64,000 bases of DNA. It comes from Lytechinus pictus (Eukaryota). Under the pieces are notes generated by a model. The model had not been told where the DNA came from, made no database searches, and worked only from the letters and a program-made list of their open reading frames with translations. The position numbers and the translations under genes were made by a program. The stretch lies in contig NC_087252.1 of NCBI RefSeq assembly GCF_037042905.1, forward strand, positions 25,236,001-25,300,000, read 5' to 3'. This document shows, piece by piece, positions 13,049 through 26,264 of the stretch; position 1 is the first letter of the stretch; each line of letters starts with the position of its first letter.

Positions 13049-13443
13049 AGAGAAATGCCAGTAGTTGCAGTAAACACTGATTTCATGAGAAAGTCTGTAA
13101 AACCAGGCTTAATTGTCAGTATATCATCGAGGATCTAGATCTGGTACAGTTACATAAACTGAACTTTGTGAAATCTTGAAAATCGACGCTGAAAAATGTT
13201 CACACTGAAGATCACCAACACAGATAGGCACACGTGGGACAGTGTATTATTATTGCTGGAATAAAGACCCGACGGAAGTGACCGAATCCGCGCTTATTTT
13301 GCTTATTTCTCAGCAATTACACAATTTCTTCCAGAATCCTTTTGCACATATTCTTTATTCGTACAAACAGACACTTGGGTGGTCATTATATTAGATTCTG
13401 TAAAAAGTCATTTTGAGATCGTTACCAGAACTGGAATTTATCT
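13049..13443. mobile_element. Kolobok-type MITE, TTAA TSD
   Basis: TTAA|AGAGAAATGCCAGT...ACTGGAATTTATCT|TTAA; near-identical truncated copy at 43411-43615. Confidence 0.8.
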
Positions 13444-13854
13444 TTAAGCTGCATTTCAAGAAAAACGAGCGGTTATATTCATTTTTCGTCACGCGCCGGC
13501 GAACAGACAAGCGTACTAAACCTTCACACAATGGGTTACATTCCTAAATGAAAAGCCCTCTTTTCAATATGCCATGCCGTTGTCCTACAAAACAGTTTAG
13601 GGTTCATTCGTTGGGCGGGGACGCAATAGGCAAAACTTTTTTTACGACTGCGTTTGAATATTTGTAAAGAGTAATCTTCAGGTCAAAACTGTGTATGACA
13701 CCTGACCTCGTCTTAATCATTTATCATCTAGAACCTATAACCTTGGATTTGGAGCTATTAGTTGGTAAGTGTATAGATTTAAAGTATCTATATTCATGTA
13801 TAAACTGATAATAATAACGATGTCCTTGGCGCTTAATACAAGGACATTGTGATA

Positions 13855-14033
13855 TACTGTAAAAACGCTGTTTAAAATTTTAAGCACGTAGTTTAAGCCC
13901 GTCACTCTAACATCTATTGGTTAAACTTTTCAAACAAGTTTTTAAAAAAGTTTAAACAATTACAATTTTGTAAACAACTTTTTGTTAGAGTGACAGGCTT
14001 AAACAACTTGCTGTTATTTTTTTTTTACTGTGT
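13855..14033. mobile_element. Short CACTA/EnSpm-like MITE
   Basis: TACTGTAAAAA...TTTTTACTGTG termini with internal inverted repeats. Confidence 0.5.
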
Positions 14034-14181
14034 ATACTATACGCCTACAAGGCAGTGGCGTATCATTCTTAATTCATATTTGCCTATATGAATTATGTTT
14101 ATACTTATTCTCCAAAGTGGGAGTAGAACTTATAGACAAAACATGACGCGACAACGTAACATTGATTGCTCGCAAGTATTG

Positions 14182-14423
14182 CACTGCAAAAACGCCGGTG
14201 TTAATTTAACACCAGTCTGGTAACTATATATCGGTCAACACCGGAGAAGTGTTGAATCAACACCGTTTTGGCGTTAGGCTGAAAACAATTTGGCATTTAA
14301 GCAACACCAATCAAACCAATATATGTTTGATTCTTAACTGGTGTTGTTTCAACGTGCTTCTCTGGTGTGGACTGATATAAATACCGGGCTGGTGTTGAAT
14401 TAACACCGGTGTTTTTGCAGTGT
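14182..14423. mobile_element. CACTA/EnSpm-like MITE
   Basis: TIRs CACTGCAAAAACGCCGGTGTTAATT / AATTAACACCGGTGTTTTTGCAGTG with AACACC subterminal repeats; related copy at ~58400-58640. Confidence 0.7.
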
Positions 14424-14791
14424 AATTTACCAACGAAACGAAGAAGAAGTAAAATCATATGACATATTGATGCATGGTCATATTCTTGGACTTACGTATT
14501 AATTATTTATACAGCAAATCAATATCTATCATTGTACATAGTTTTGTATTTCTAGTTACTTTGTAAATTTGTTTAAATTCGGTCTTCATGAACTTACTTC
14601 CGATTCGTTCTACGATCATCTTCTTAAAAAGAATGTATTGACCTATTGCATGACATCAACTATAGAGTGTACGAAGTTATTGTTTCCACAAAACGTGGTC
14701 TAAGGCTTAGAATAAATTTATCTATAACTTAGGTAAAATTCAATCCCAGAAGAAAGTGATTAAAAAAAGGTGACAAACGCAAAAGTGTTAA

Positions 14792-15390
14792 AGGGGAATC
14801 CAACCCAAGTAAAAACTTGTTTTTATAAGGAAAAAAAAAATCAGACAAGTTGATAGGTGAAAGTTTGAACAATATTGGACAAACAACAAGAAAGTTAGGA
14901 ATTTTTAAAAGTTGTAAATATTGGTAATCACTATACCCATGGAGACTTCAAATTGGCCGCATATGGGATGCCATATATAGTGATGTAAGGCAAGGACTAC
15001 TCTTCCATGTACCCCAATACATATTATGGCTAAAATGTCATTTTTCCCAAAAGTTTTATTTCAAATTATATTTTTCTTTCATGAGGACATAAAACAATAT
15101 ACTACCTGGGTTATATTTAGATTACTGCCCCAGGGGAATGGGTACTTAGGAGAAAACCACAAATCCCTGATAATAAAGTACATGGCCTATGGGTAAGTTG
15201 TCCTTGTCCCTTGTCATAATTTACTTACCCAGTTGCCAATTTGAAATCTACATAGTATTAGTGATCTCAATTTTAAAGCAGCTTTAACTTTGTTATTGCT
15301 TGTCCGATTTCTTTCAAACTTTCACCATTCTGTTAAATTTAGTTTTCTCCTTCCCAACACAACACTTTATGACCAAGGCTGGATTCCCCT
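14792..15390. mobile_element. Kolobok-type MITE, TTAA TSD
   Basis: TTAA|AGGGGAATCCA...TGGATTCCCCT|TTAA. Confidence 0.82.
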
Positions 15391-15498
15391 TTAATGAGTG
15401 GAAATAGGAGAAAGGAGAAGATTTGTTTCTTTTATTGCAGCCATTTCAGTCTTTGAATAATGGCGAACACTCTTAGTAATTAAGATAATAATAATTAA

Positions 15499-15788
15499 CA
15501 GGGGCGGATCCAGGATTTCCCAAGGAAAATTTTACAAGCCAAAAAAATTATTCAAAAAAGTTTTCAACCCAAAATGAGGTTCATTACGTCCACGAAAGAA
15601 AAGAAAAAAAAAAGGAAAGGTCGTCACTTGTGTTCCAACCACATATTCCGATCAAAAATAAATCCTGTGACTTTAAAAAGGGGCACACTTGTGTAAAAAC
15701 GGCATATTTACATTAATTTTTTTTATTATGGCTCTCAAGGGGGGGGGGGCACGGGCCGGATGTGCCCCCTCCCCTGTATCTGCCACTG
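15499..15788. mobile_element. hAT-type MITE with 8-bp TSD
   Basis: ATAATTAA on both sides (15491-15498, 15789-15796); termini CAGGGGCGGATCCAGG / CCTGTATCTGCCACTG. Confidence 0.82.
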
Positions 15789-17599
15789 ATAATTAATATT
15801 GAGAAGCGGCAGTATATATACAATTTACCATAGCGCTTATAATTTGAGTTTATACGCCTACATTAAGCAATAAATAACAATACTAATTAACAATCAATCA
15901 TGTCAATAGTGAAAAGAAAAATGAGAATAGATTAATGAGGGGGGGGGGGGTTGTGGATTTACGGTAAATTTTGAAGGCAGGAATATTAGAAGCCACTTAA
16001 TGGAAAAGTGATAGCATTCTAAGACTGTCATTGGTAGCTGATGTGCACGGGAGAACCAGTTACACTGATTTCAATTCGAAGCGTTACCATGATTACATTC
16101 AGAACGGAAACGAGACTCAAAAACTTCCATTCAGAACGGTTCTGATCGGAAGTTTTCGAATCTCTGTTCTCTTCTGGTGGCGGTGGTGATCTCTTTCATG
16201 GTAACGTCCGCCATAACTGTTTGGCATAGGCCTCCATGTAAATTGCTCTTTTTTGTCGACGCTTGTGTTTTTTTTTTGCCGCACAAAATTCCCACTCAAC
16301 CATGCTCTATAGGGTAATGCGAGAATAATAATTAAAAAAACCCTGAACAATGTGTGCCTTGGTGGAAGCCATCTTAAATCCACCCCTAATAATAGACACA
16401 TTGTCCAGCCACAAGCTAGACCAGGACTCGACTGAATAGAAATCTCTAACTCAAAAGGTGATTTGGGCCATCTGATTGACCGTACTCTCAGTATTATCGG
16501 GTCAGATTTTTCACACAAAGCATCATGGGTAATATGATATTAATAACGCGTCTACTTTAAACCACTGAGATGAGACCGGAATTCGCGCGCCAAAGCATTA
16601 GAAGTCCGCCATACATAAGCGATGTTATTATTATTTTTGCAATGAATGACAGATAAGGTAAACTCCGGATCGCATTGTCGAAAGTGTGATTTTTTTTTAA
16701 ACTTGAAAAACAACCTAGACCCCATCAAACAGTTGCAATATATTCAGGTCAAACTTAAATTTGGTCTCGTGTTGTGAACTTTAGTGATTGGAATATGAGA
16801 TTAATCTCAGTTTTTATTTTAATCTATTGCAATTATTTTTGTGACGTGGTCGATTATTTCTTCATATAATAATAAAAAATGATAATTTTTGGTTCTTATA
16901 AATATCAGCATGATTGCGTTCACAGGTTCGTTCCCCAGACGTTGCATGGCGTTAAAGGTAAAGTTCAAACCCATCAAAGTGACATGATACGGGATCGGGA
17001 CGCAGGTTCGACCGGCCTAATATTAATGCTCATTCACATATTTTTGTACCAAATTATAGTTTATCATGCTCCTAAAATTTAACAAAAATCCACTGCCCCC
17101 TATCCCTCTTCCAACTCTCACCTTCTCTCTCCATACCATTATGTCTATCCTAGTTTCGCCCATGCATGTATACACATCCTACTTTTTAGTTGCTTTCGTC
17201 TATGTCCTTCGAAGCACCTTCAAAGTATGCACACCATACTGCTTGTCGATTCAATTCCTACCATCACAAGATGTATGCCTGTTATCCTAACTGTTTGGAA
17301 AAAAGACCTACAAACACAACAATAAAGACCATCATGATCTTGCATTCAAGACCATGGGCGCAAACAAAAAGATCGATCACTTGGGTAGAGAAAGTACTCT
17401 CAGATTGTCCAGTCGGAGACAAAAGTTGCTTTATCTTTTAAGTACACTATTTAATCTTTCCGTTACACAAAGATAACCTCTGTAGCCTTTTATGAATCAC
17501 TTCCATTATACCACGCCCTATATACGTTCCAGTAGGCCTATGCCATATTTATACCTGGGTACCCCCTCCCCCTTTTCGACACCCTCTCCGAGTGCATCT

Positions 17600-18790
17600 G
17601 ATGGAAAGAGCACAGTGTCCCAACAGTCTTTTCATAGTGTGTTCACAGTGTGGAACACGATGTGAATTCACCTTCACAAAGTCAAAATTGAGCATTTTAA
17701 CAGTGTGGAACCCGTCTGAACATAGTCCACTTTGTGAACACACTGTGAACATTGATCACACCATGGAGATATAAACACTACATGCTCATACTACCGAGAT
17801 GTCCACAGTATCGACACCATTCCCGAATAGTCCCTGACGGAAATAACACAGTGCCCCCACAGTGTGTTCCTAGTGTGGGAAACAGTGTGAAATCACCTTC
17901 ACACAGTCAAATTACAGCATTTTTCAGTGTGAATAACATCTTCTCATTGTCCACTATCTGAACACATTGTGAACACTCACATCATAGACACCATGCATTC
18001 ACTCAATGCTCAAACTACCGAGATGTCCACAGTATATCGACACCATTCCCGAATCGCCCCTGCTGGAGCTATCACAGTGTCCCACAGTGTGTAGGACAGT
18101 GCTAGTGTGAAATCCCCTTCACACTGTCAAATGTGAGCATTTTAGCATTGTGTGAAGAACATCTTCACAGAATTCACAGAGTTCACTATATATGAACACA
18201 CTGTGAAAATTCTCACTGTAGAGGTGTTCATAGTGTGAATATCATCTTCACAGAGTTCACTATTTGACCACAATGTGAACATTCACACCATGGACACCAT
18301 TCACTCCATGCTCACACTACCGAGATGTCCACAGTGTGAAATCACCTTCACATAGTCAAATTTCAGCATTTTAAACAGTGTGAAACACGTCTGAAGATAG
18401 TCCACTATGTGAACACACTGTGAACATTCACACCATGGACATCAATTACTCCATGCTCACACTACCGAGATGTCCACAGTGTGAAATCACCTTCACACAG
18501 TCAAATTTCAGCATTTTAAACAGTGTGAAACACGTCTGAACATAGTCCACTATGTGAACACACTGTGAATACCCACAAAATGGAGATGAAATGTTTTCAC
18601 ACTGTTGAATTCGAATGTTTTAATAGTGTGCATCACATCTGCACACATAGTTAACTACGTGGACACACTATGAACGCTCTCACTGTTGAGGTATCCACAG
18701 TGTGAAATTATTTTCGCATTGGTAAATTTGACTAATTTAACAGGGTGTATCGCTTTTTCACGTTGTCCACTTTGCAAAAAACTGTGAACA
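17600..18790. repeat. Degenerate tandem repeat, ~145-bp unit rich in CACAGTGTG
   Basis: CACAGTGTGAAATCACCTTCACA recurs at 18330 and 18475. Related pieces at ~800-856, ~21370-21670 and ~51640-52180. Confidence 0.8.
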
Positions 18791-20647
18791 CTCGGGTTAC
18801 TTTCAGTGAATTTGCGCATTCTAAAACTCCATATTATCTGCACTTGTTGATTTACCTCAGTTGATAACTTGATGACGACTTATTTCTATATATTTGATTT
18901 ATTAGTTTTTATTAATCAATTAGTTATCTGTTTACATGCATTTATTCCTTTTTCTAAATTCTTTCTTTATTCTTACTTTAATTCATTGCTGTCTTCTCCA
19001 CTCTACACATCTATCTATTTTCCATTTCTTTTGGATCTTTTAATGATCATATGAACAAAATATATTTCCATATGAACAAGATTTCTATTGAAGTGAATAG
19101 TGCCCCCAACCCCAACATACACAGAAGCATTAGCACAAGAGATAACTACAAATAATCCCCCTTTTAGTTCTGCTATAACATGATATATTATTCACTTAAT
19201 ATTATATTAATGAAGTTGTCATGAGCGCCTGTAATCATGCAGAGGTTTGAGGTTCGAGCCCCGGGCCATGTCTCTCGGATGACGGGGTAAAAGTTCGGCC
19301 CAGACGTAGATAATATATTTTTGATGCACGTTTGTAAAAATAAAAACAACAACAAAATGCAGGTCACAGAGATACGGTTGAGTGTCCAGGGCATGACGAT
19401 TTATGAAGATTACGTTTGGTTCGTAGTTCTGCCGAAATAAAACCGCTTTGGAGCAGACCGAATAAAAAGTCAAATACAGATCAGAGTATGTTAAGACGGT
19501 TTCTCAGTAGTCATTGACTAGCTCCGACTTTTGTAATAGTGTGAACACACCTTAAACATATTACTCCATACAGTAGCTTAATGAGACCAAAATTTTGAGG
19601 GGGTCAAGACATGGCGTATGGGGAAAATTGTCTTCCACACTTCAAGCGAGCGAAGCGTTCGCATGTAATAAGTAAAAAAAAAATCCCTTTTCAGTACCAA
19701 AATCTATTTTTGTGATAGATTTTGACATATCATTTACAAAATAATATCATCACCCCTTTTTCTTTATTTTTTTCCCTTTCTCCTTTTTTTTCGTAGTCGT
19801 GAAAATTTTAGGGGGTCCATGTCCCCCAAGACCCGCATCGACCCGTACGCCAGTAACTCTATACCGTATCTCCCACTTCTCTGGTACGCCTGCAACCTAT
19901 AGCTCACACCCAGGCAACAACCTTCCTCTCTTTATGAAAAGTTATTAGACGACAATAAAACTCCTTCCACCACACATGAGGGAGCTTTCTAAGAATTACG
20001 AATGATAAATGTTAGCCCACTATTTTCTACTGACACTATTACTACCGACAGGTTTTACTCTATAGTTTGTGTAGACAACGTAACGCGAAATAGCTTGGTC
20101 GAGAAGAGGGCACAACTTCCCACACCCATGTATTCTTGGCAGCCATGCCCCAATGCTCCTATTGTCTCGCCAATGATTTTAGACTCGGCTTGCAATCAGG
20201 GTTGGCTTTCTTTTTCGATCCCCTGCACACAGAAGAATAAAAAAGAACATACAATGCCGGTATTATACTCTGGAAGGCGTCTCTGACGATGATTCAGAAG
20301 GCTATTGATCCCACGTACACACGGCTGGTGCAGCTTCTCCTAATACGTGTACCGCAAAATATGCGAAATTATTTCCACAACAGAATATAATTTTCGGTTG
20401 ACCAGCCACACCCCTCACGAAGCGGATAAGATAAGTTATGAAGCCCATGCAACAAAGTTCGACTAGGTTCTGACTGACGGCAGTGTTTCTGGAAAATTTG
20501 CAATGGGGGAACTTTTTACATGCGCTTTTATATGACATGATCGCTTAATCCACCACATATACAAGGAGAGAGTAGAACATTACTACCAAGTGTGCTCGAG
20601 TTTGAAGTTTGCTTTCATACTTTTTCATTGGAAGTTTTAGTAAAAAT

Positions 20648-20650
20648 ATG
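20648..20650 (+). CDS. Candidate first coding exon (Met only) of the acidic TM protein gene
   Basis: AAAAATATG|GTAAGT: good start context, consensus donor, phase 0 matching the exon at 29203. Confidence 0.55.
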
Positions 20651-21014
20651 GTAAGTAAAACAATGGTATGTTACATGTGATGTATCCTTGTGTAAAACAA
20701 GACAAAGTCCTGTCGTGTTACCGTTCCTTAAATTTTCATACATGCATCATTATGTATATGTATTATCTAATTGTCTGTTATTAAATACTAACCCCGTACT
20801 GTACTTAATCAAGTCCAATATTGAATTACCACTGTAGTGTACTACTTCTTCTTCCTCTGTGTTCAATTCCTCCGTTCACCAGAGGACTGCAAGCCTCAAG
20901 TTCCGATGTTACCATAATACATGCGTCCACCCTACGCGCAAAATGCATGCATCTTTAATTTTGATAATAATTATAGGAACTTAATAATAAACTTAATGTT
21001 ATGCATGTAACATA

Positions 21015-21365
21015 ATAATTAAAGTAGGATCAAGATCTATGATCAGAAGGAAAGACCGGAAGTTACCACAGGTAGTTCCTTCGTATTCCGTATACTGATG
21101 ATAGTGAGGATGATGGTGATAATGGTGGTGGTGGTGATGATGTTTTAACATGATAATTAAAGTAGGATCAAGATCTATGATCAGAAGGAACGACCGGAAG
21201 TTACCACAGGTAGTTCCGTCTTCTTCCGTATACTTATGATGATGGTGAGGATGATGATGATGATGAAGATGCTGCTGCTGCTGATGATGATGAAGATGAT
21301 GATGGTGATGATGATGATGGTAATGATGTTGATGATGATGATGGTGACGGTAATGATCACGATGG
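21015..21365 (+). repeat. Tandem duplicate (~138-bp period) of an ~87-bp unit, each copy followed by (GAT)n
   Basis: ATAATTAAAGTAGGATCAAGATCTATGATCAGAAGG at 21015 and 21153. Confidence 0.8.
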
Positions 21366-21680
21366 TGGTGTGTTCACAATGTGTTCACATATAGTGGAGC
21401 ACGTGAAGATATGGTTATTACAATGCTCAAATGGGAAGATAATTTCGTAGTCATGGTAGTGTTTGTGTTTCTAGTGTGTTCACATGGAAGACTTTTTTCA
21501 CACTGTTAAAATATTCTAAAATTAAAGGTGTGGAAATAATATCATATATTTGGAACCTTATAACATGTACAGAATTTCCACTTTGTGGACTACTGAACTT
21601 GAATTGCTCAAATTCAAGACTGAATATTTTGTAAAGAACACAATATTACTCTACACTGTGTGTTCACGCAGCTAGTGGAG

Positions 21681-21820
21681 TAATAATAATGATAATAATA
21701 TTAATAATAACAATAATAATAATAATAACAATGATAATGATAATACTACTACTAATAATAATAACAATAATAATAATAATAATGATAATAATAATAGTTA
21801 TAACATTAATGATAGTAATA
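21681..21820. repeat. (ATA)n microsatellite
   Basis: Direct reading. Confidence 0.9.
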
Positions 21821-21947
21821 CTTACATTTATATATCTTTTTATAAGCTTACTTTACATTGCAATGATCATCTCAATATCAAATCAGCCAAAAAACTTACA
21901 CGTTCGGTTTCGAACCAAATATGGAATGGTACGAGGTATTTGTTTAA

Positions 21948-22554
21948 AGGACAAGTCCACCCCAACAAAATGTCTATTTGAATAAAAAGAGAAAAATCAA
22001 ACGAGGATAACACTGAAAATTTCATCAAAATCGGATGTAAAATAAGAAAGTTATGGCATTTTAAAGTTTCGCTTCATTTCACAAAACAGCCATATGCATA
22101 TCCCAGTCGGTATGCAAATGAGGTCAGAGAACTGATGACATCACTCACTCCCTTTTTCTTTTGTATTCTATTATATAAAGTATGAAATATTCTAATTTTC
22201 TCCTCATTGTCCTGTGAAACAAAGTTTTATTTCTCCCTGAACATGTGGAATTACTATTGTTTAACATTATATGGTTCAGTCAAGTTGGTCCGAATTGTCA
22301 AATCTGTGAACATTTAAATATTGTATAATTCAAACAATAAAAAGAAATGAAATAGTGAGTGAGGGACATCATCGATTCTCTCATTTGCATGTGACTAAAT
22401 TGTGCATAAAACTATTTTGAGAAAAATAAGCGAAACTTTAAAATGTCATAACTTTCTTATTTCACATCCGATTTTGATGAAATTTTCAGCATTATGCTTG
22501 TCTAATTTTTCTCTGGAGATTCAAATCAACATTTTTATGAGGTAGACTTTACCT
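21948..22554. mobile_element. Kolobok-type MITE family A, copy 1
   Basis: TTAA|AGGACAAGTCCACC...GGTAGACTTTACCT|TTAA. Confidence 0.85.
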
Positions 22555-22820
22555 TTAAGGAATTCTTATGCACCAGTGAAAATGTTACTGATGTGAACTA
22601 AACCCATTGACATTTACACACGGAAAGAAGAGGGTTTACCACTTGACCCATTCACATTACGTAACGTCACTGTGAAATGGATGAAAATGGTACTTTAAGG
22701 ATTACGTAGCCGTAGAGGAGTACCTTAAATGACTATGTCAACACACTACCAATAGCAGACGATGGCCGATTCCTCTGTATTCGCATCCCGATTGCTTCTC
22801 CCTCTTCCTTTTAGATCTTT

Positions 22821-23041
22821 AAGCCAGGGTTACACCAAAACCTATTTCTCCCGAATAAAGTCGGACCGATTCTACCCGAATTCGGCCTACTTCGGATGGT
22901 TTCGGTTGATTCGAATGTTCCCGACTCCTTCCTGAATTTTGTCGCATTCGCGGAGGGAGAACAGAATACTCCCAAAACCACCGGAATACATGTATTCGGA
23001 TGGATTCGCAGCTGATTCGGTTCCGGTGTAACCCGAGCTTT
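22821..23041. mobile_element. Harbinger-like MITE; inverted homolog at ~30930-31140
   Basis: GGGTTACACC...GGTGTAACCC termini; CCGAAT internal repeats shared with the second copy. Confidence 0.65.
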
Positions 23042-23109
23042 ACTTATTCAAAATTCTCACGAATTTATGTAAATAGGCAGTTATAAAAGACACTATAAGA
23101 AGGAGGGAG

Positions 23110-23850
23110 CACAAATCAAACTCAATGTTTAGAAAAGTAGAAACGTCGATTTAACTATTACGAAAAGTTGAAACAGAAATCAAGCTCTAACTTACACTCT
23201 AAAAACAGAGAGTAAAAACCTACCCACTATCTGGTAGAAAGGGAACTTGCATGTTTGCTGGGTAATTTTTGTTTTCCAATATTGGGCAAAATGCATGTGT
23301 GAAGGGTAAATATCAACGCAACATTGCGTGAAATTTACATAATATTTGGTGTATTTTTACCCCCACAAATACGCATGTTCCCATTTAACTCAATATTAGG
23401 TAAACTTTGTTTAGAGGGTAAGAAGAGCAGAAACACCAATCAGGGTTTAACTTATGAAAAGTCAACACGTCAATCAAACTCTAACTTAAGAAAAGTAGAA
23501 ACAACAATCAAACTCTAACTAAAGAAAAGTAGAAACAATAACCATACTCTAATTTAAGAAAAGTAGAAACAACAATCAAATTATAACTTAAGAAAAGTAG
23601 AACACCAAACAAACTCTAAGTTAATAAAAGTAGAAACACCAATGAGCTCTAACTTAATTTCTCAGGAAAAGAATAGGAACACCAATCTAGCTCTAAGTTA
23701 AGAAAAGTTGTAACATCAATTTATCTGTAACTTGAGAAAAGTAGAAATACCAATATATCTCCATGTAAGAAAAGGTGAAACGCCAATTAACATCTAGCCC
23801 AAGACAAGTAGAACACCAATCGAAACCTAATTTAAGGAAAGTCAATATTA
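23110..23850. repeat. 34-bp minisatellite interrupted by a CACT-ended MITE (~23195-23418)
   Basis: Unit AAGAAAAGTAGAAACAACAATCAAACTCTAACTT at 23488, 23522, 23556 and onward. Confidence 0.82.
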
Positions 23851-25819
23851 TAAATGTGAGATATATAGTCTCATTATATAGATCCCACATAAGAAATTAA
23901 AGAAAATAGTTACTAAAAAGTCAAGAAATATATGTACTAGAAATACAAACGCGTCCCCCCCCCCACACACCATTCCATGTTCCTAAGAACCGCACACTCA
24001 CACACTCACTGACGAAAAATACTATACCACTATTATTAGAGGAAATGAAATATGAAGTGCAGTGCGAGACACGATCGAACAGAATATATATCTGCATCTT
24101 TTTTTTTGCAATTATAATATGTTTCATTTCTTCTGTTTCCCTTCATCACTTTGCAATGTAATAATTCTAATTTTATTCTCCCTTCGAGGGCAAAGTAATA
24201 TGATATAAGCATGATAAGGATTGTTAAATCGGCAAAACGTTCTCACCATTTCTCTGAATTAAAAAGTGATTCAACGTCGTTAATCCAAACGTATACATGG
24301 TTAAATGCGCTATGATAAAACGTCTATCGGTCATTGGCCTTGTGCAAACTATATATATGGTGTATCATGATCTCAGACGAAAATGCCTACACGGGCCGCT
24401 TCCTATTACTATTTCTCCCTAGCGCCAGAATAGGGGTTATTCCGATTACGCACGAGTCGCAAACGAATAGGCCTGAAGTAATTTTAAAGCGACCCTACCA
24501 ACCCGTCAACCAATGTGCTTGCAATGGAAATGGTTATGGGTACAAATCCCATGCAGTACTGGGTATAATCTTGAATTGTAGGTACATATTTCTTTAAATT
24601 AGGGGAAAATTTTGAAGAAATACAATTCCAAGCCTTGATATCCGACTCAAAGACTTCAAAACAAGTTAGGCCTATATGTAGGACAGGATTGAAAAGGGAC
24701 AACCAGTTTTGCAGGGGCATGCACTCGACAAGTCAACTCGAAAACAAGATACATGATCACAATGCTGCAAGGATAACTATTCTGGAACAGGAACAAACTA
24801 GAAAAAAAAAAGATCTATCCATCCAACCATCCAGTTTATAAAAGAACCAACCAAACAAGAAGAATGTAAGACATGTTGCTTGATATGTTTTTCTTAGGAA
24901 ACTTCTGAAATTAATCAAACGCCACGCCAGAAAAATTGTTTATAAATTAAAATACAAATGTCTTCCTGCCCTTTTATGTGCATTGCTACGAACAAATATT
25001 ATCAGGCTGTAAATAGAGATACTACCAACTGTTTGGTGTCTGCAAATGTGCCTGGGTGACAGCATATCGCATTATTAGTCATTACAATGTAACATAACTG
25101 GCTAAAGTATGTTTCTGCACGAATTTAGTTATAAAATGAAAGCTTTGCTATTCATAAACGAAAATGATAGCCATAGATTTTGCTGATTTTATTGGAAGAT
25201 AAATGTACATGTACGTACATTTATAGACGTACATATATTTCGTATTAATCTGAATAGTTCGATTTTTTTATTGACACGATAGGTTTACTCAATTTCTATT
25301 TTTAAAAATGGAAAATGTAAAAGAGGCCATACTTTCCTTTTTTTGCGGGGTAAGCTTTTATATAATCTGTGATCAGTCTAGTCTACATCGATAACATAAT
25401 TTTAAACGTCTAACATGTTTAAAAATTATTCTATTAACTAGGAACTGCATTTATCTGTTTATCTATATTTATTTGTTTTCTTTATTCTATACTGCAGGGT
25501 AGGCCTGCTCAGTTATGCAAAACTGATTTCCAAAGGCGCCATGCAGTTTAACAAATCATTCAACATCTTATCAATTCAATGTATGTAACATACAAATAGA
25601 GTAAAAACAGAATACATTATATACATGTAGAGTGAATCAACAATTATCATGGAATCATTACATCTATATCAAGTTATTCATTCTAATCACATGTATGAAA
25701 TTCATGCGTATCTAAATATTTCTAAAAATAGAGTATTGGAATGTAAAAGTCCTTCCCCAAACTTAGAGCCCCTAAATCAGAAGTAGGCGTGTTGTTCTGC
25801 CTAGTGGTGCCATGAGCCC

Positions 25820-26142
25820 AATTACAACAGGAAGGCAAAATATATTCCTTCGAAACAACCCATTCGATTTTTTTTTCAATTTGATATTGCTGATTGACAA
25901 AAGTGTATGAATATGATTCAAAATCTAACACTGATTCTGGAAATGGTAACTTCTGAACTTCCTTTGCCCAAATTGGGAAGATATATCAATGACTTTGGAA
26001 CTATTTTTCGACTGGCGGAAGAATTAGGGCTATTTTACTGTTTCAGTTGATGAATTTGATCCCATCAGAGTTATCTTCATAAATGGCGATTTATTTTTAA
26101 AATGACCTGGCTACGATACCCTTTCTGGTCAAATATGGAATT
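25820..26142. repeat. Interspersed repeat, inverted homolog of ~47750-48085
   Basis: AATTACAACAGGAAGGCAAAA...CCCTTTCTGGTCAAATATGGAAT matches the reverse complement of 47750-48085; no clean ORF in the frames I translated. Confidence 0.65.
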
Positions 26143-26264
26143 TCAGATATATATTTTATCCAATGGTAGTAAACATTCGACCCTTTGATTTTACGTTTAT
26201 TTTGTATGAGTTTTTTAAAAGTGCCATTTTAACAAACAAGTCTATGGGGAATGTCACCTATATA

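Noticed and set aside
16117..16518. 133-aa minus-strand ORF
   Set aside because: Non-ATG start, and no domain motif or splice support seen.
21689..21985. Ile-rich 98-aa ORF
   Set aside because: Translation of the (ATA)n microsatellite.
23110..23850. Regularly spaced 34-bp repeats as a CRISPR array
   Set aside because: Head-to-tail units with no unique spacers, no cas genes, eukaryotic context.
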